This document shows positions 12,020 through 23,628 of a DNA stretch of 64,000 nucleotides, one piece after another. Each line of letters opens with the position of its first letter. The stretch's first letter is position 1. This DNA is from Dipteris shenzhenensis. Taxonomy: Eukaryota. The notes beneath the pieces are model-generated. The model searched no databases, was not told where the DNA came from, and saw nothing but the letters and a program-made list of their open reading frames with translations. The stretch lies in assembly GCA_047967505.1 (NCBI GenBank), contig CM106538.1; one strand, 5' to 3'. A program made the position numbers and the translations under genes.

Positions 12020-14369
12020 CCCCTACCTCTTTTAGGAGGGGCTTGGCTTTGGACCACTCTCTGGGTTGATCCAATTTCATGACCAAGTTTGCGTTGACCT
12101 CTACTTGCTCGAGATGCGGTGACACAGAGAGACCCTAATTAGGTGGATTAGGCAATAGGTGATGACAGCACCACAGGAGGCTGGGATAGACAGAGCACAA
12201 AGGTCACGGATTTCTACGCTTTCAAGTCAGCCCTAGGATATAGCGAAGTGGAGGAGGAGAAGGTTTCCGACATGAGGATAGAGTGGATCAATGGGAAGAG
12301 ACGACGCGGAGCCTCGGAGCTTGAGAGGCAGAGACCACGCACGACCAAAGCACGTACTATGGAGGTTCAGCCTATCTCAGCTCTCCTCAGAGGGGACTGA
12401 CTGAGACGGGGTGTTACTCTTGATATGGCCCATTAGATACATAGACCAAGGAGACCATGGCCCCCGGTCAGCGTGAGAGATGTCTTGGCCCCCCCCGCCT
12501 CGACTCTTTCGTCCCCTCTCATAAGCTTCCCTTCAATGATTCTATTCCTCATCTTCTTCTCCAGCAAAGCCCTTTTTTACATAGTAATTCTTGCCTATGA
12601 CAAGCTCATACACACGTGGCTACGGCTCATCTTGTATATGCATCAATGTGAATCTCTTTCCTAGATGGCTTATAACTCACGAGAATCAAGGAGATCTTGG
12701 CCACATGTTTGATAGTTGAGGTAGAAAACATGATGGTTTATGATGTGAGACTATACATGTATAAGTTTCATTGGGCTCTCGGTCCATGGGTTTGCTGGAT
12801 GGGCTCCATCCTCACCTCTCCCTCCTCCTCCTTAGCCTCTTTCTAATAGGAAGTGATGAGTATTGTGTGGTTTATGGGTTTGTGGTATTGTCAGGGGTTT
12901 GTGTCTCATCTTCTCAAAAGGAAAAGGCCAAACATTCAAAGGGTCTAGTATTTGATGAAGCATACAAGTCAGTATAGTGGCAGGGATGCTTGGCATGATG
13001 ATGCTTTTCACACTCAGCCACATTCTCTCCTGTTTTCTTGGTCGAAGAGGAGATTGCAGATGCCTATCCATGCATGGATTGACAGATTTAATGTGGATGA
13101 TTGGTCTCTTGACAGAGGTGGTACAGTTATTTTGGGGGCATCCCAGCCCTAAAAAAGGTGGGGCCCAAGGCCTCATTTTGGCATTCACCAGGGCAGCCTT
13201 CAGGGAATAGGTTTGGCGCAGGGGAGCCGCATGTTGGGGCCTATAGTTTGGAGGTCCAAGCAGGCTATGTACTGCAGTCAAAGAGCTTGAAGAAGGGCTG
13301 CACACCTAGGCTGACACTCAAGGCAGCAAGGTGTAGGGGATCAGACACAGAGGCTTAAGTCAACATACGCTCATCAGGGAGCATGCGGACTCAGGATCTA
13401 GGAGTGTCTCGGACGTAGGATCTAGGATTGTCTCGGACGTAGTAAGACAGCATCTTTTGGTGAGGACAAAGGACCACGATCTGGTGGGACATTGGCCCTC
13501 TGTTGTATGTGTCCATTGGACGGAATTATTTTGTTGATCCTATATCTCTCTTGAGCATTGTCTATTTGCTGATCTGCACATATATTAGGTAAGAAAGCTT
13601 GGGATTCCACCCACACCACCACTGTGTGAGCTCCTGGGCTATTCTATCAGTCTTCCGCTGTGCGTACCCTCTGTTTAGTTGATTTCTAACACCTATGAGA
13701 CAAAGTATACACACAAAAAAAGAGACTTATAGGCCATGTGCATTGTGTGGAGAGTGTGTGCTGTACATTGTCACCTTATCCCTTAATTTTAAGCTGTATT
13801 AGAGCTTAGAGAACTTGAGACCTCGAGACCTTCCTTCCCTCTTTGTCCTTTCATGAATAAAGCTTGCCATTTTAGGTAGTGAGGGAGAGTAGCTGTTAGG
13901 GGGAGAAAGGGGGGACTTTGAAGCTCTACCCCCTAGGTGAGTACGAGGCTCAAACGCCTCAGCTCACAAAGCTTTAAGCCCTTAAGGCCTGTCAGTTGCA
14001 AACATAGAGGAAAAATTCCAGCTCAGCAAGACCAATTGTAAAAGTATGCATGACACAAAAGTTATTTTCAGTCAAGGTAGTTCTTGTATGTGGACGATGC
14101 GGGATGGTACATGTACGAATAAATAAATAAATAAATAAGCAGGAGCCAAATATGCTATGCTACAACTGTCTGAAAGAGGGTCATATTGCATGCATGACAC
14201 CAAAGTTATTTTCAGTCAAGGTAGTACTGCTATGCGTACCATGCAAATTGGTACGCGTACGAATAAATAAAAAAGTAAATAACCAAGATGGTTTGTGTAC
14301 GGATAAATAACTAAATAACCAAGATGGTATGTGCCATACGTATGGTTCCATACTTGGTTTTAGTAGTGA

Positions 14370-15352
14370 CAATGGATGTCAACTAGTCTCGAGAAGAGTT
14401 AATGGAGGAGTAGCATATGTGAGAGAGTTACCTTAATCTAAATCAGATGAATACTATTGCTTGTCAGAATGAACAACTTGAAAAGAGATTGTACTATATA
14501 TTTAGGAATTGTTGATCAAGACACCAAGGTTATTTTTGATAAAATGAAAAGTAAATTGTTCAATTATGATGGACTTAAATTATCAAGTTAGAATATTGGG
14601 TACAAATTAAAGAACAAAGTCATGGGGTACTTATAGAAGTGACCTTTAGATAGCAATATTGGTGGTTACAGATGGGTTTATACAGTCAAACTCAATGGAG
14701 TTGGAACAATTAAAAGATGCAAAGTAAGCTTGGTTGCAAAGGTTACTCTCAGCAGTATATTCTGAGGGAACTTTTGCATGATTCATCGGACTGAAGAAAA
14801 AATTCAATTGCATGTGTCACTTGCATTTATCAAATAGATGTTAAGTGAATATTTCCCAATAGAGATTGTAAGATTGGATATATTCTAGTCTGTACATGCA
14901 ACAATCACTTGGTTTTGAGGAAAAGGGGAAGAGAACCATTGGTTATACAGTCTTGCTGAATCAGTGTTTTATAACATGGTCATGAAAGAAGTAGGCCATC
15001 ATTGCTTTGTCACAATAGAAGCAGGGTAGATTTCTTCATGCAAATGTGCATTTGGAGCACTATGGTTGAGAGGGCTTCTAGGTGAGCTTGGATCAATCAA
15101 AGGGGAAACTACGACAATCTTAACATGAGCACAAATGCTTTACCAAAGAATCCAAACGATCATGGAAAGGCATAGTAGGTGGATATCTTCTATCATTCCA
15201 TTTGGCATCAAACTGAAAAGAGAGAGTTCAATCTATCTAGTGGTTCTCTGATTATCATCAGTTAGCAGACCTATTGACCAAGGCATGTCACGAATAAAGT
15301 CTGAAAAGTTCAGAGGACTATATTATAGACATAAATCTTTGATTGAAAGAGA
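14370..15352 (+). pseudogene. Highly degenerate Copia RT/RNase H remnant, probably followed by an LTR starting tgttag at 15353
   Basis: RWVYTVKLNGVGTIKRCKVSLVAK at ~14670; QLADLLTKA at ~15258; many stops and frameshifts. Confidence 0.7.
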
Positions 15353-15589
15353 TGTTAGAATAATGCCATTCTGCGGTCTCATGATATTTTGCACAAACTT
15401 GTGTGTGAGTAGAGTGATATAAAGGAGGATATGGGGAGCTAACCTAAAAGTATAAAGGATTGTTTAAACTGTGTTTTCTTTGAGTAGATGTAAAAATTGT
15501 AGGTCCTTTGTGTTGTGGAGTGTATGTAAAGTGAGTGGGGAACGGTGAGGGCCATGTTTGTTCTCCATACCATTGTATAAACCGTGAAC

Positions 15590-15965
15590 TGTTGGGGTAC
15601 CGAGCCGGGACTCGAGGTGAGCCCGAAGGGGTCAAACGTGGCGACTCACGTAAAGGCCGTTAACCAAGAAGAAAACGTGGCCTGATCAGGGCGTTGCACG
15701 GTGGACGTTCCTGGGGTCTTGGTGACCCGTTTGATTCTGCAGACCGAAGACCGTGAAGCCTAAGGGCTTGCCGAGTGGGGCGTGGTGCAGTGGGATACTC
15801 GTCGGACGGCCCGTGCCAGGGGTCGTGTTTGGCTAACGCTGCGCATAAGGGGATTGTGGTAATGTTAAGGGAGGTTGGGACTCGGAAACGGGTCCGACGT
15901 AAGGTGCCACGACTTGGAGACTAAGTCCGGAAACTCCGGGTCCTTACACTCCCTTCCCACCCCCC
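15590..15965 (-). mobile_element. Putative LTR (tgttgg...ccttaca, 15590-15948) with adjacent purine-rich PPT-like tract; unusually CpG-rich
   Basis: TG...CA ends; minus strand reads ggggggtgggaagggag-tgtaaggaccc; the left boundary is uncertain. Confidence 0.4.
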
Positions 15966-16315
15966 GCGCTATGCCATTAAATGTGCTCCTTACTCTATCA
16001 TGGCACACTCTCTACTCCAACTATAGAGTTTCAAGTGGCTGGTGTTATCTTGTAAAACATTTTTTCAAACTTCAACTTGTAAGTCCTCCGTGTGAACTAG
16101 TCTGGTTGTGTTACTGCAAATGTGCTATTCTTGAAGAACTCCTTGCTTTTGGCCATGAATGGATAGCTGTTTCCGTAGTGAAGTGGATATGTATGTGAGA
16201 GATTCACACAGATGAGAAATTGAGTTTAAGTAAAAGACTGCAAGCTTTGTATGGAGGACCTTTGAAATCAGAATAAAATTCAGCTAACAAGGCTGATTAT
16301 CGACTGTGATCACAG

Positions 16316-16364
16316 AATCATAGGCCTTGTTGAGCGATGGAACAAAGCACAGGGGAATGCACAG
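16316..16364 (+). CDS. MVD: Diphosphomevalonate decarboxylase, internal exon (third from last)
   Basis: ag|A ATC ATA GGC...GCA CAG|gt gives (R)IIGLVERWNKAQGNAQ, matching the plant MVD segment RIIS.VEKWN; in frame with the next exon. Confidence 0.85.
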
Positions 16365-16606
16365 GTCCTTTCTCTTCTCTACATAACATAGGCATACTAG
16401 TAGATGATGCAAGTAATTTTGTCGGTGATTTTGCTAGATGGTGGCCTCGTGATCCAATTTCTTATGGGAACTGCTTCAAAGATCTTCCAAATAGATTTAA
16501 TCTGTCAACAGTGATACATTTGGACACAAGTCATAATCTCCTCCTTTTGAGGGAGAAGTCATAAGGTCTTCTTGATTCATTCTCAGGTTATTTGAAATTT
16601 CTGTAG

Positions 16607-16731
16607 GTTGCGTATACTTTCGATGCTGGACCCAACGCAGTCCTTTTCGCTCCAAACAAGATTGCTGCAGGTCAATTGCTCCAGCGGTTGCTATTCTATT
16701 TCCCTCCACCTCAAGAGACAGAAATGTCAAG
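16607..16731 (+). CDS. MVD: Diphosphomevalonate decarboxylase, penultimate exon
   Basis: tgtag|...|gtaaat; [41 protein letters not shown] contains the MVD signature [11 protein letters not shown]. Confidence 0.95.
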
Positions 16732-16822
16732 GTAAATTGTCTCACCTTGATTTATCAATCTAGTCTTTTGCTTTGATCTTATGCAACAAGGAAGGCCACT
16801 CTCTAACTTGATTTATTGCTAG

Positions 16823-17030
16823 GTATGTCGTGGGTGACACGGGATTCATACCTTCAGGAGGGTTAGATACGACTTTTGTGCCTGCAGAAGCCGTAGAAAC
16901 AAATAATGTCACAAAGACACGTGGGGAACTTGATTACATAATATGCACTCGGCCAGGCAGAGGGCCCTTATTGTTGACAGATCACCTGCTTGATTCAAGT
17001 ACAGGTCTTCCCATCCGTGTGAATCAGTAA
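16823..17030 (+). CDS. MVD: Diphosphomevalonate decarboxylase, terminal coding exon
   Basis: ctag|G TAT GTC GTG; (R)YVVGDTG...GELDYIICTRPGRGPLLL...LLDSSTGLP..* matches the plant MVD C-terminus; phase-compatible with the previous exon. Confidence 0.92.
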
Positions 17031-17319
17031 ATATAGTAGTCGAAAGTATTGTGTGGATGCATATCAAATGAAGTTCTTATTCTGATCATCTCATTTAAGA
17101 GTCATTTTTGGTTAATTTGAAAGAGTTTCCCGAGCTTACTGGTTCAATGGTTTCATTGTACATGTGCTTTTTAGTATTTTAGTAGCAGAGCTGGGCTTTA
17201 GTCTGCTTAAAAGTCTTAAGTGAAAAGTGAGTGCCAGCAAGAAAACATGTTACTTGTTTGACCACCTGATTTTGTGTTGTCTTGGACAATATAGTAGTCT
17301 CCCTACTCATGCTTTAATC

Positions 17320-19995
17320 GTGACGGTAATCATCTAGAGGACAAGTGTGAAGAACCAGAAATTCCAAAATTTAAATGGGTGCAATGTATGCAGAAGCTTG
17401 ATGCTGATTGGACCCTCCAATAGGGAAGAGTGCCCTTGTGAGAGTACTTATTCCTGTTCAACCTAAGAGAGAGAAAAGATTGCACATGCATAGAGAATGA
17501 TATGTATATCAAAATGAAGGGGGATACCCCTTCATTAATGTCCCTTGTGATCACTCAAGGTCTATCTTCCCATTTAGACCTACCCTTAGCCTATGACCCA
17601 TGTACCTACCATTTTATGCACTCTAATGCACCCTTGCCTTCCCTATTATCCCTAGGACCTAGACATGTGGTGCACATCTTTTTCAATAAAATAAATGTTA
17701 CATGTCAAATTTGTTGCTGTATGAAGCATGGCTTCAGCTCGACATGCCCTATCTACTAGATGATCCACATCCATAACAATATCGGTCAGTGTCCATCATA
17801 AATACAAACACATGTTGCACCATCAAAGTGGCTCATAATATACTAATGTTCTAATGTCTATTAATTCCAAAATAGGCATTTCTCGTCATGACACTCCCCT
17901 CTTTGCTTGGATGAACAAAGACCTCTTCCAAAATCTCTCTCATCTCTTTTGAGATTTCTCTTTCCTTTCTCTCTTGCGAATGATTTCTCTTTATACTTTT
18001 GCATTTGCGTCGTCTCTTTATGATTTGCAAATTTTTGTGGAAAATCCTTAAAGGACTCTTTTTCATCCATTGTACACATGTCTCTTATTTTTTCCATGGG
18101 TACTCTTCTCCGGATGGTATACAATCCCATCTTCGAATCCCGGTTTCTCTTGATGTTAAATGTTAAAAAATGCAAAAGTATCACCACGGGATCTCTTCAA
18201 TCTCTTTTCGTAATTGGTCAACGTATCGTCATGGTCACATGAAATATATTCTTCATGCTAGTAATCTCAACTCATGCTTGGAATCCCTCTTTTGTATACA
18301 ATGCTGTTGAAATATCATCATTCTAACTTGTTCAATATCCTAAAACATATTCTCAACGAATGGTCAGTAACAAAACGACTCTCGTCCAAATAGGTTATTG
18401 AAGTGAGTAAAGATTAGTCATAGAGGATTTGCCAAATGGAGGATTGCTTAGATGGAATAGTCTTTGCCTCATTGTTCTATTTCTATCATGTTCATCGTAT
18501 AAGGAATATATCTTTTCTCTATCTATTCACAAACCCATACACCTTGAAAGGTCATGAGGTCCAAACGGTGTTGGTTGAATGGACAACATTCACTATTGGT
18601 TTGATAGTCATGGTAGATTAGCCAAAAGAAAAGGACATTTATGCCATACATGGCCCATGCCCTAGCTTATGTTTCTTACATTGAAAAGACGTGTCTTCCT
18701 TAACTAGCCTTTTCTTTTCTTCGTTAGTCATGGAACCATTAGCTATTTCATCCAGTTTAGTGAGTCCCTAAGGGTGGTTGGGTTGAACATCTTAACCTCA
18801 TACCACACTTGTGGGTGCTAATTTATTTTTCTTCTATCTTCCTCACTCTTTTCGGGTAACCCAAAGAGATTTTTGTAAACCTGGTTGTAAATCTCACTGT
18901 CAAATTGCTTATACAAGTTCTCTTCATGTCCCGATGGCATGAAAGTGGCTTTTAGTTGTTCCACAACTTAGCCCATTCAAGGATAGGCTCTCTTTCCTTT
19001 TGTAACAACGAACACCACATCAAAGCATCTTTTCATAGATGTTGGAATTTGGAGTCTCAGCACCAGTTTATGATCATGAAATTATGAGTAGATCTAAGGT
19101 CAACCAGGACACATAAGTACTTCATGACCTAAGATTGTTATTAGTGTCATTGTAATTAAATCATTATGTCTAAAAATAAATGAAGACAACATTGGAAAGA
19201 TTCCAAATGAAAAGTCTAAATAGAGAAAATCATTGACTCACTTGTGGCTGTCATCATTTTGGTCATACGGGTCTTCATTGGGCAGTCTTTACTCAGGTGG
19301 CCACATTACTAATACCATACATCAAACTGCATGGAGGCATACACAATTTGGGCACAACTACCAAGAATAAGCTTGCCAATTTTGCAGGATCGGTTCATTT
19401 CTTTGAATGCATAGGGTTGAAATTATATTCTCTAAAAGTAGAGGAAATTTTTCATTTCTTCTTCAGACCTCCATTGTTTTTCTTATTAGGAGATATGTGG
19501 ACTTGTAGGTGGCTTCAATCGTGTAATCATACAACTTAGCAAACCACATTGCATCTTTTAGAGATGAAATCTTTCTCCTTTGAACTTCATTCTGATAGTC
19601 TTGCTAAGGTCCTAATGTGAACATGTTGCAAATCAAAAGAAATCCGTATTAAGAACTTTAGCAACCAAGTCTTGAAATTGTTGGATAGTGTGCTCCTAAC
19701 CTTGAGAGCTCATTTGAAAGCTTGCTAATTTATTGACGTGATCAACATCATTTCCTTCTTGAATGAACTCTTTGGTTAGACTTCTTGATTTAGCTAAATA
19801 GCCAAGCCTTCTAACTTGTATGGTTGGTCCAATGACCCAACTAATTACCCAATATTCCTAAACATACCTAACGACTTATTCTAAGACCCTAGGAAATTAA
19901 ACCTTACAAAGATTCCAACTTGATTGCACAATTTCAGCTCTAAGCAATAGCAAACTAAGGGGCAGAATGGAATATAAAATCATGGACCTAATGAT
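17320..19995 (-). mobile_element. Old degenerate Gypsy element: putative 3' LTR ~17320-17893 with PPT, plus protease and gag remnants; probably resumes after 38840
   Basis: Minus strand: caaagaggggag-tgtcatgacg at 17893; VLVDLRSTHNFM at ~19075-19110; GHLSKDCP at ~19280-19302. Confidence 0.55.
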
Positions 19996-20999
19996 AACAC
20001 GAGAGAGAGAGAGGATTCAAAAAAGTCGCTAGATGGACGATGGAGCTGCTCGGTGAGTTGCCCCCCTTCGCCTGCAGCAGCCGTAGGCTGCTCGCTGCTC
20101 CTAGTTGCTCCGCCCGCTACCCCTCCTCACCATCCTTCCTCCTTGCCTCGCCCTCGTGCTACCTAGTCCCTCCTCCGCGGCTCCACCCTGCCTTCCCTGC
20201 TCTGCCTCTGCCCCGCCCTGCCTTCTCTCGCTCCGCCCTGCTCCATCTCCCCTTGCTGCTCCTCCGCCGCGCTCCACCCCTCCTTCCAGCTCCGCCTCGC
20301 ACCCTCGCCTGTCCTTCTGTCCCTCCTGCCAGCGCGCCCCCCCTACCATTTCGCCTCCCCCCCACCTTCTTCTCCTCTTCTCCTACCTCTCCCGCCCTCC
20401 TTCCCTTTCTTCATTCCTTCCTCCTCCTCCCCCTTGCTCCCTCCTTTCTTTCCTCCCCTCTACTTTCCTTGCCGCCCTCTCCTCTCTCCTCCGCCTCTCT
20501 GCCTCGCCTTGCCTTGATGTCCTTCCTTTCCACTTTTTTCATTTGCCTCCTTGTAACAGCGGGAGCATTCGTGTTTGCTGTGGTGAAAGAAAATCTTGGT
20601 GGTGACCTTTGGTCTGGCCAAAGGGGCTCTATGGCAGCGCACCCTCGACTCCCACACTCGTTAAGGTTTTTCTTTCCTTGGCTGACAAGCAACAGGTAAT
20701 CAGGTAGTTCAGTCCCTCAAGGACAAGCCGCTTGTGGATAGAATTATGGGCCTCACGCCTACACGGAGACATCTGCGAGAGTGGATCTAGGCGAGCTTGA
20801 CATTAGAGGGCGACCACATCTAGGAGGTCACCATCTATGGAAGAGGCATTTTTCTCATCCAGTTGAGCTCCGTCGACACTGCCTCGACACTCATGGAGCA
20901 GAGCCCCATCCTCCTTGGCCTGCATCTAGTTTACCTCTTTCCTTATTATCATGGGTTCACAGTGGAGGACATAGATACGACACACCATGTTCCATGTTT

Positions 21000-23628
21000 T
21001 GATGGGATATCTCAAGGTGTATGCCCCAGGCACATCTTATGTTCTATGTGTGTGTGCTAGAGGCACAGTTAGATGCCCATAAGCACTGTTAGGTGGTGGT
21101 AGATGCCACATAGGATGATTGAGAGATTCTAGGAGCTGATTAAGGAGCTGATTGAGGAGATGATTGTGGAGCTTGGTGGCTCATGTAGAGGTGCCTACAT
21201 ATGGACCTCACCCTTTTGCATTCTCTAATTTCGTGTTCAGCTTCATGCTTTCCTTTCACTTCTTCAACATGGTATCAGAGCACTATGATCCTCCTTGAGC
21301 CCATTTATGCCATGTCATCATCATCATCATCTTCTTCTTCTTATGCCATTTTTCCTCTTTCCTTCCAAAATCTTGTGTGAGCTTGTTCTCTACCTACAAT
21401 CAACCATTCCTAGAGTCCTTTTGGCTGGAGAGACCCTTCGTATGGGGACCTTCCATGTTAGAGCAATTAGGGAATGGTGCCCACAGACTTGCACAACAGT
21501 CGCCTTCTTCCTGATGCCATTTCGTGCAATACGACTTGCTAGAGCAACCATTTCAAAATTCCTCTGAGCCACGCTTGCACAACAACATGAGCTAGCCCCT
21601 GTCCAAATTTGAAGTGAAGTGGTCCACCGAGGAGGGAGAAAACACGAAAAAACCAGTCCAAAATCAAGCTCCTGGCTATGGCGACGTGATGCGGCATTTT
21701 GCCTTTCCTCTTTAGTGGCTCTTCTCTGGTATACCAGCTTTATTTCTACCTAGAAAGCCCTCTTTTCTTTGCTTTGAAGCTTGAGATACAAGCCCTTCAA
21801 GATCAGGCCTCTGTTTTGGACAGTTTTGACAATGTTGTGAGTTTGGTGCTACATTAGATGCTACTTTGGCATTTCTGATGTTTTAAAGTGTTGAATAGCA
21901 TCATTACAATTGTGGCTACAACTTTCCTTTAGGTTGCTATACCTGGATTTGCTTGGAATACTTTCATTTAGCCACCTCTATGAAGCATGCAAGTTGAAGT
22001 ATCATTTTCATTATGATTTTTATTGAATTTGGTTACAAGTCTTTGCTACACCAAATGCTTGTACTTTGAAGTTTTTCAGCTTTTTGTAGCCTTTTAAGAG
22101 AGTAGACACTGCCCATTTTCATTTAGACCCTCTCATGGCTACCTTCTTGAATATTGATTAGTTCAATGGTAAAGGCTTTCGCACATGGCAGATGAAAGTT
22201 AAGTTTGCATTGATGAGGGAAAACCTCTAGGGGCTTGTCAAACCTGCTTCAACTTCTTCTTAAACAGCCTCTAATGCTGGAGAATCCTCAGCTCCTACAC
22301 GCCCGGCACGAGATCCTGCTTGAGAGGAGAAAGCCTATGGCATTATTGCTCTTGGCTTAGGAGATGACTATATTCATCACATTTCTGATTTGGAGTCTCC
22401 TTCTCAAGCTTGGCAGAAGCTTGATATTCTTTTTGGTGCTAGCTCTCACATCTCAAAATTGTCACTTAAGATTGCTTTCTTTGAATTGAAGATGGCTAGT
22501 GGCACTCCCTTGGCTGCCCATGTCAATCACATATAGAGTCTCATGACTCAACTTGCTTCTATCAACTCTCCAATCACTACAGATGATGCAATGGGAGTAT
22601 TGCTCAAAAGTATGCCTGAACATTATGATCATGTTGCTACCACATTGAAAAATCTTCCTAATCCTACTCTTGAAGGTCTTATTATTGCCCTTCAAGAAGA
22701 AGAAAGGCACAAGGAACTCCGGAGAGGCAATGACACAGCATATGCCATAAAAACTCAAATGGGCAAGTTTCAACCTTGCAAACATTGTGGGAAGACCAAT
22801 CACCTCTCAAAAGATTGCTTCAAGATCAATCCTTGCAAATATTGTGGCAAAAACAATCACCATGAAAAGTTTTGTAAGGCAAAAAAGGAAGCAACTACAA
22901 AACCAGAAACTGCCAATTTACTTTCAATTGATGTGCCTCCACAGGATGAGGCCTCCTATGATGATTATGCTTTTTGAACCAGCTCCACATATGCTCCAGA
23001 TCTCTCTTTCATGTTGAGTCAAGGTACTCTGCCTGGATAATCCTCCAAAATGAATGGAATAAACTATTGTGTTCTTTGTAAACACCTCTAGTCACCATAT
23101 GATGTAGGCCATGTGTATGTGTTTAGCTCCATGGTACCTCCTGCAGACATTATGTGCATGTACATGCAGGGGAGATAACCATTGGAGGGTCTTATGTATC
23201 CTTTTGTTTACTTTACAGCCTTGGGAACCCTTGCTAGCATGAGATCCTAGCCATAGATTTATCCTTGACCACCATGAGATGGCATGAGAAACTATGAGAC
23301 TAGATGTATCCTTGACATAGCCTGAGGCATTCCCTTGAGGGGGGGTTTGATGGGATATCTCAAGGTGTATGCCCCACGCACACCTTAGGTTCTATGTGTG
23401 TGTGCTAGAGGCACAGTTAGGTGCCCATAAGCACTGTTAGGTGGTGGTAGATGCCGCATAGGATGATTGAGAGATTCTAGGAGCTGATTGAGGAGCTGAT
23501 TGAGGAGATGATTGTGGAGCTGGGTGGCTCATGTAGAGGTGCCTACATATGGACCTCACCCTTCTTCATTCTAAATGCATTCTCTCATTTCGTGTTCAGC
23601 TTCATGCTTTCCTTTCACTTGTTCAACA
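21000..23628 (+). mobile_element. Non-autonomous gag-only LTR retrotransposon (TR-GAG-like, Copia-type gag)
   Basis: LTRs 21000-21269 and 23348-23628 (TG...CA); PBS tggtatcagagc at 21270; PPT gaggggggg; TSD tgttt/cgttt; no pol in the ~370 bp between gag and the 3' LTR. Confidence 0.9.
22135..22977 (+). pseudogene. Copia-type gag with two tandem CCHC zinc knuckles and several in-frame stops
   Basis: FNGKGFRTWQMKVKF...LLKSMPEHYD...CKHCGKTNHLSKDC...CKYCGKNNHHEKFC. Confidence 0.85.

Noticed and set aside
12013-13990. Possible LTR or LTR-element internal region (tgacacacccc...; PPT-like tract at ~13897)
   Set aside because: No partner LTR, PBS, convincing TSD or recognisable protein; probably TE-derived but not callable
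15590-15950. Cassandra/5S-derived or tRNA-derived sequence
   Set aside because: No recognisable 5S A/C boxes or tRNA cloverleaf on either strand
16581-16606. Alternative acceptor tctcag upstream of the MVD penultimate exon
   Set aside because: It would add GTT ATT TGA, an in-frame stop; the acceptor at 16606 fits homology
20040-20699. 219-aa Pro/Leu/Ser-rich ORF and overlapping antisense ORFs
   Set aside because: Low-complexity pyrimidine-rich 5' region of the LINE that stays open in several frames by composition
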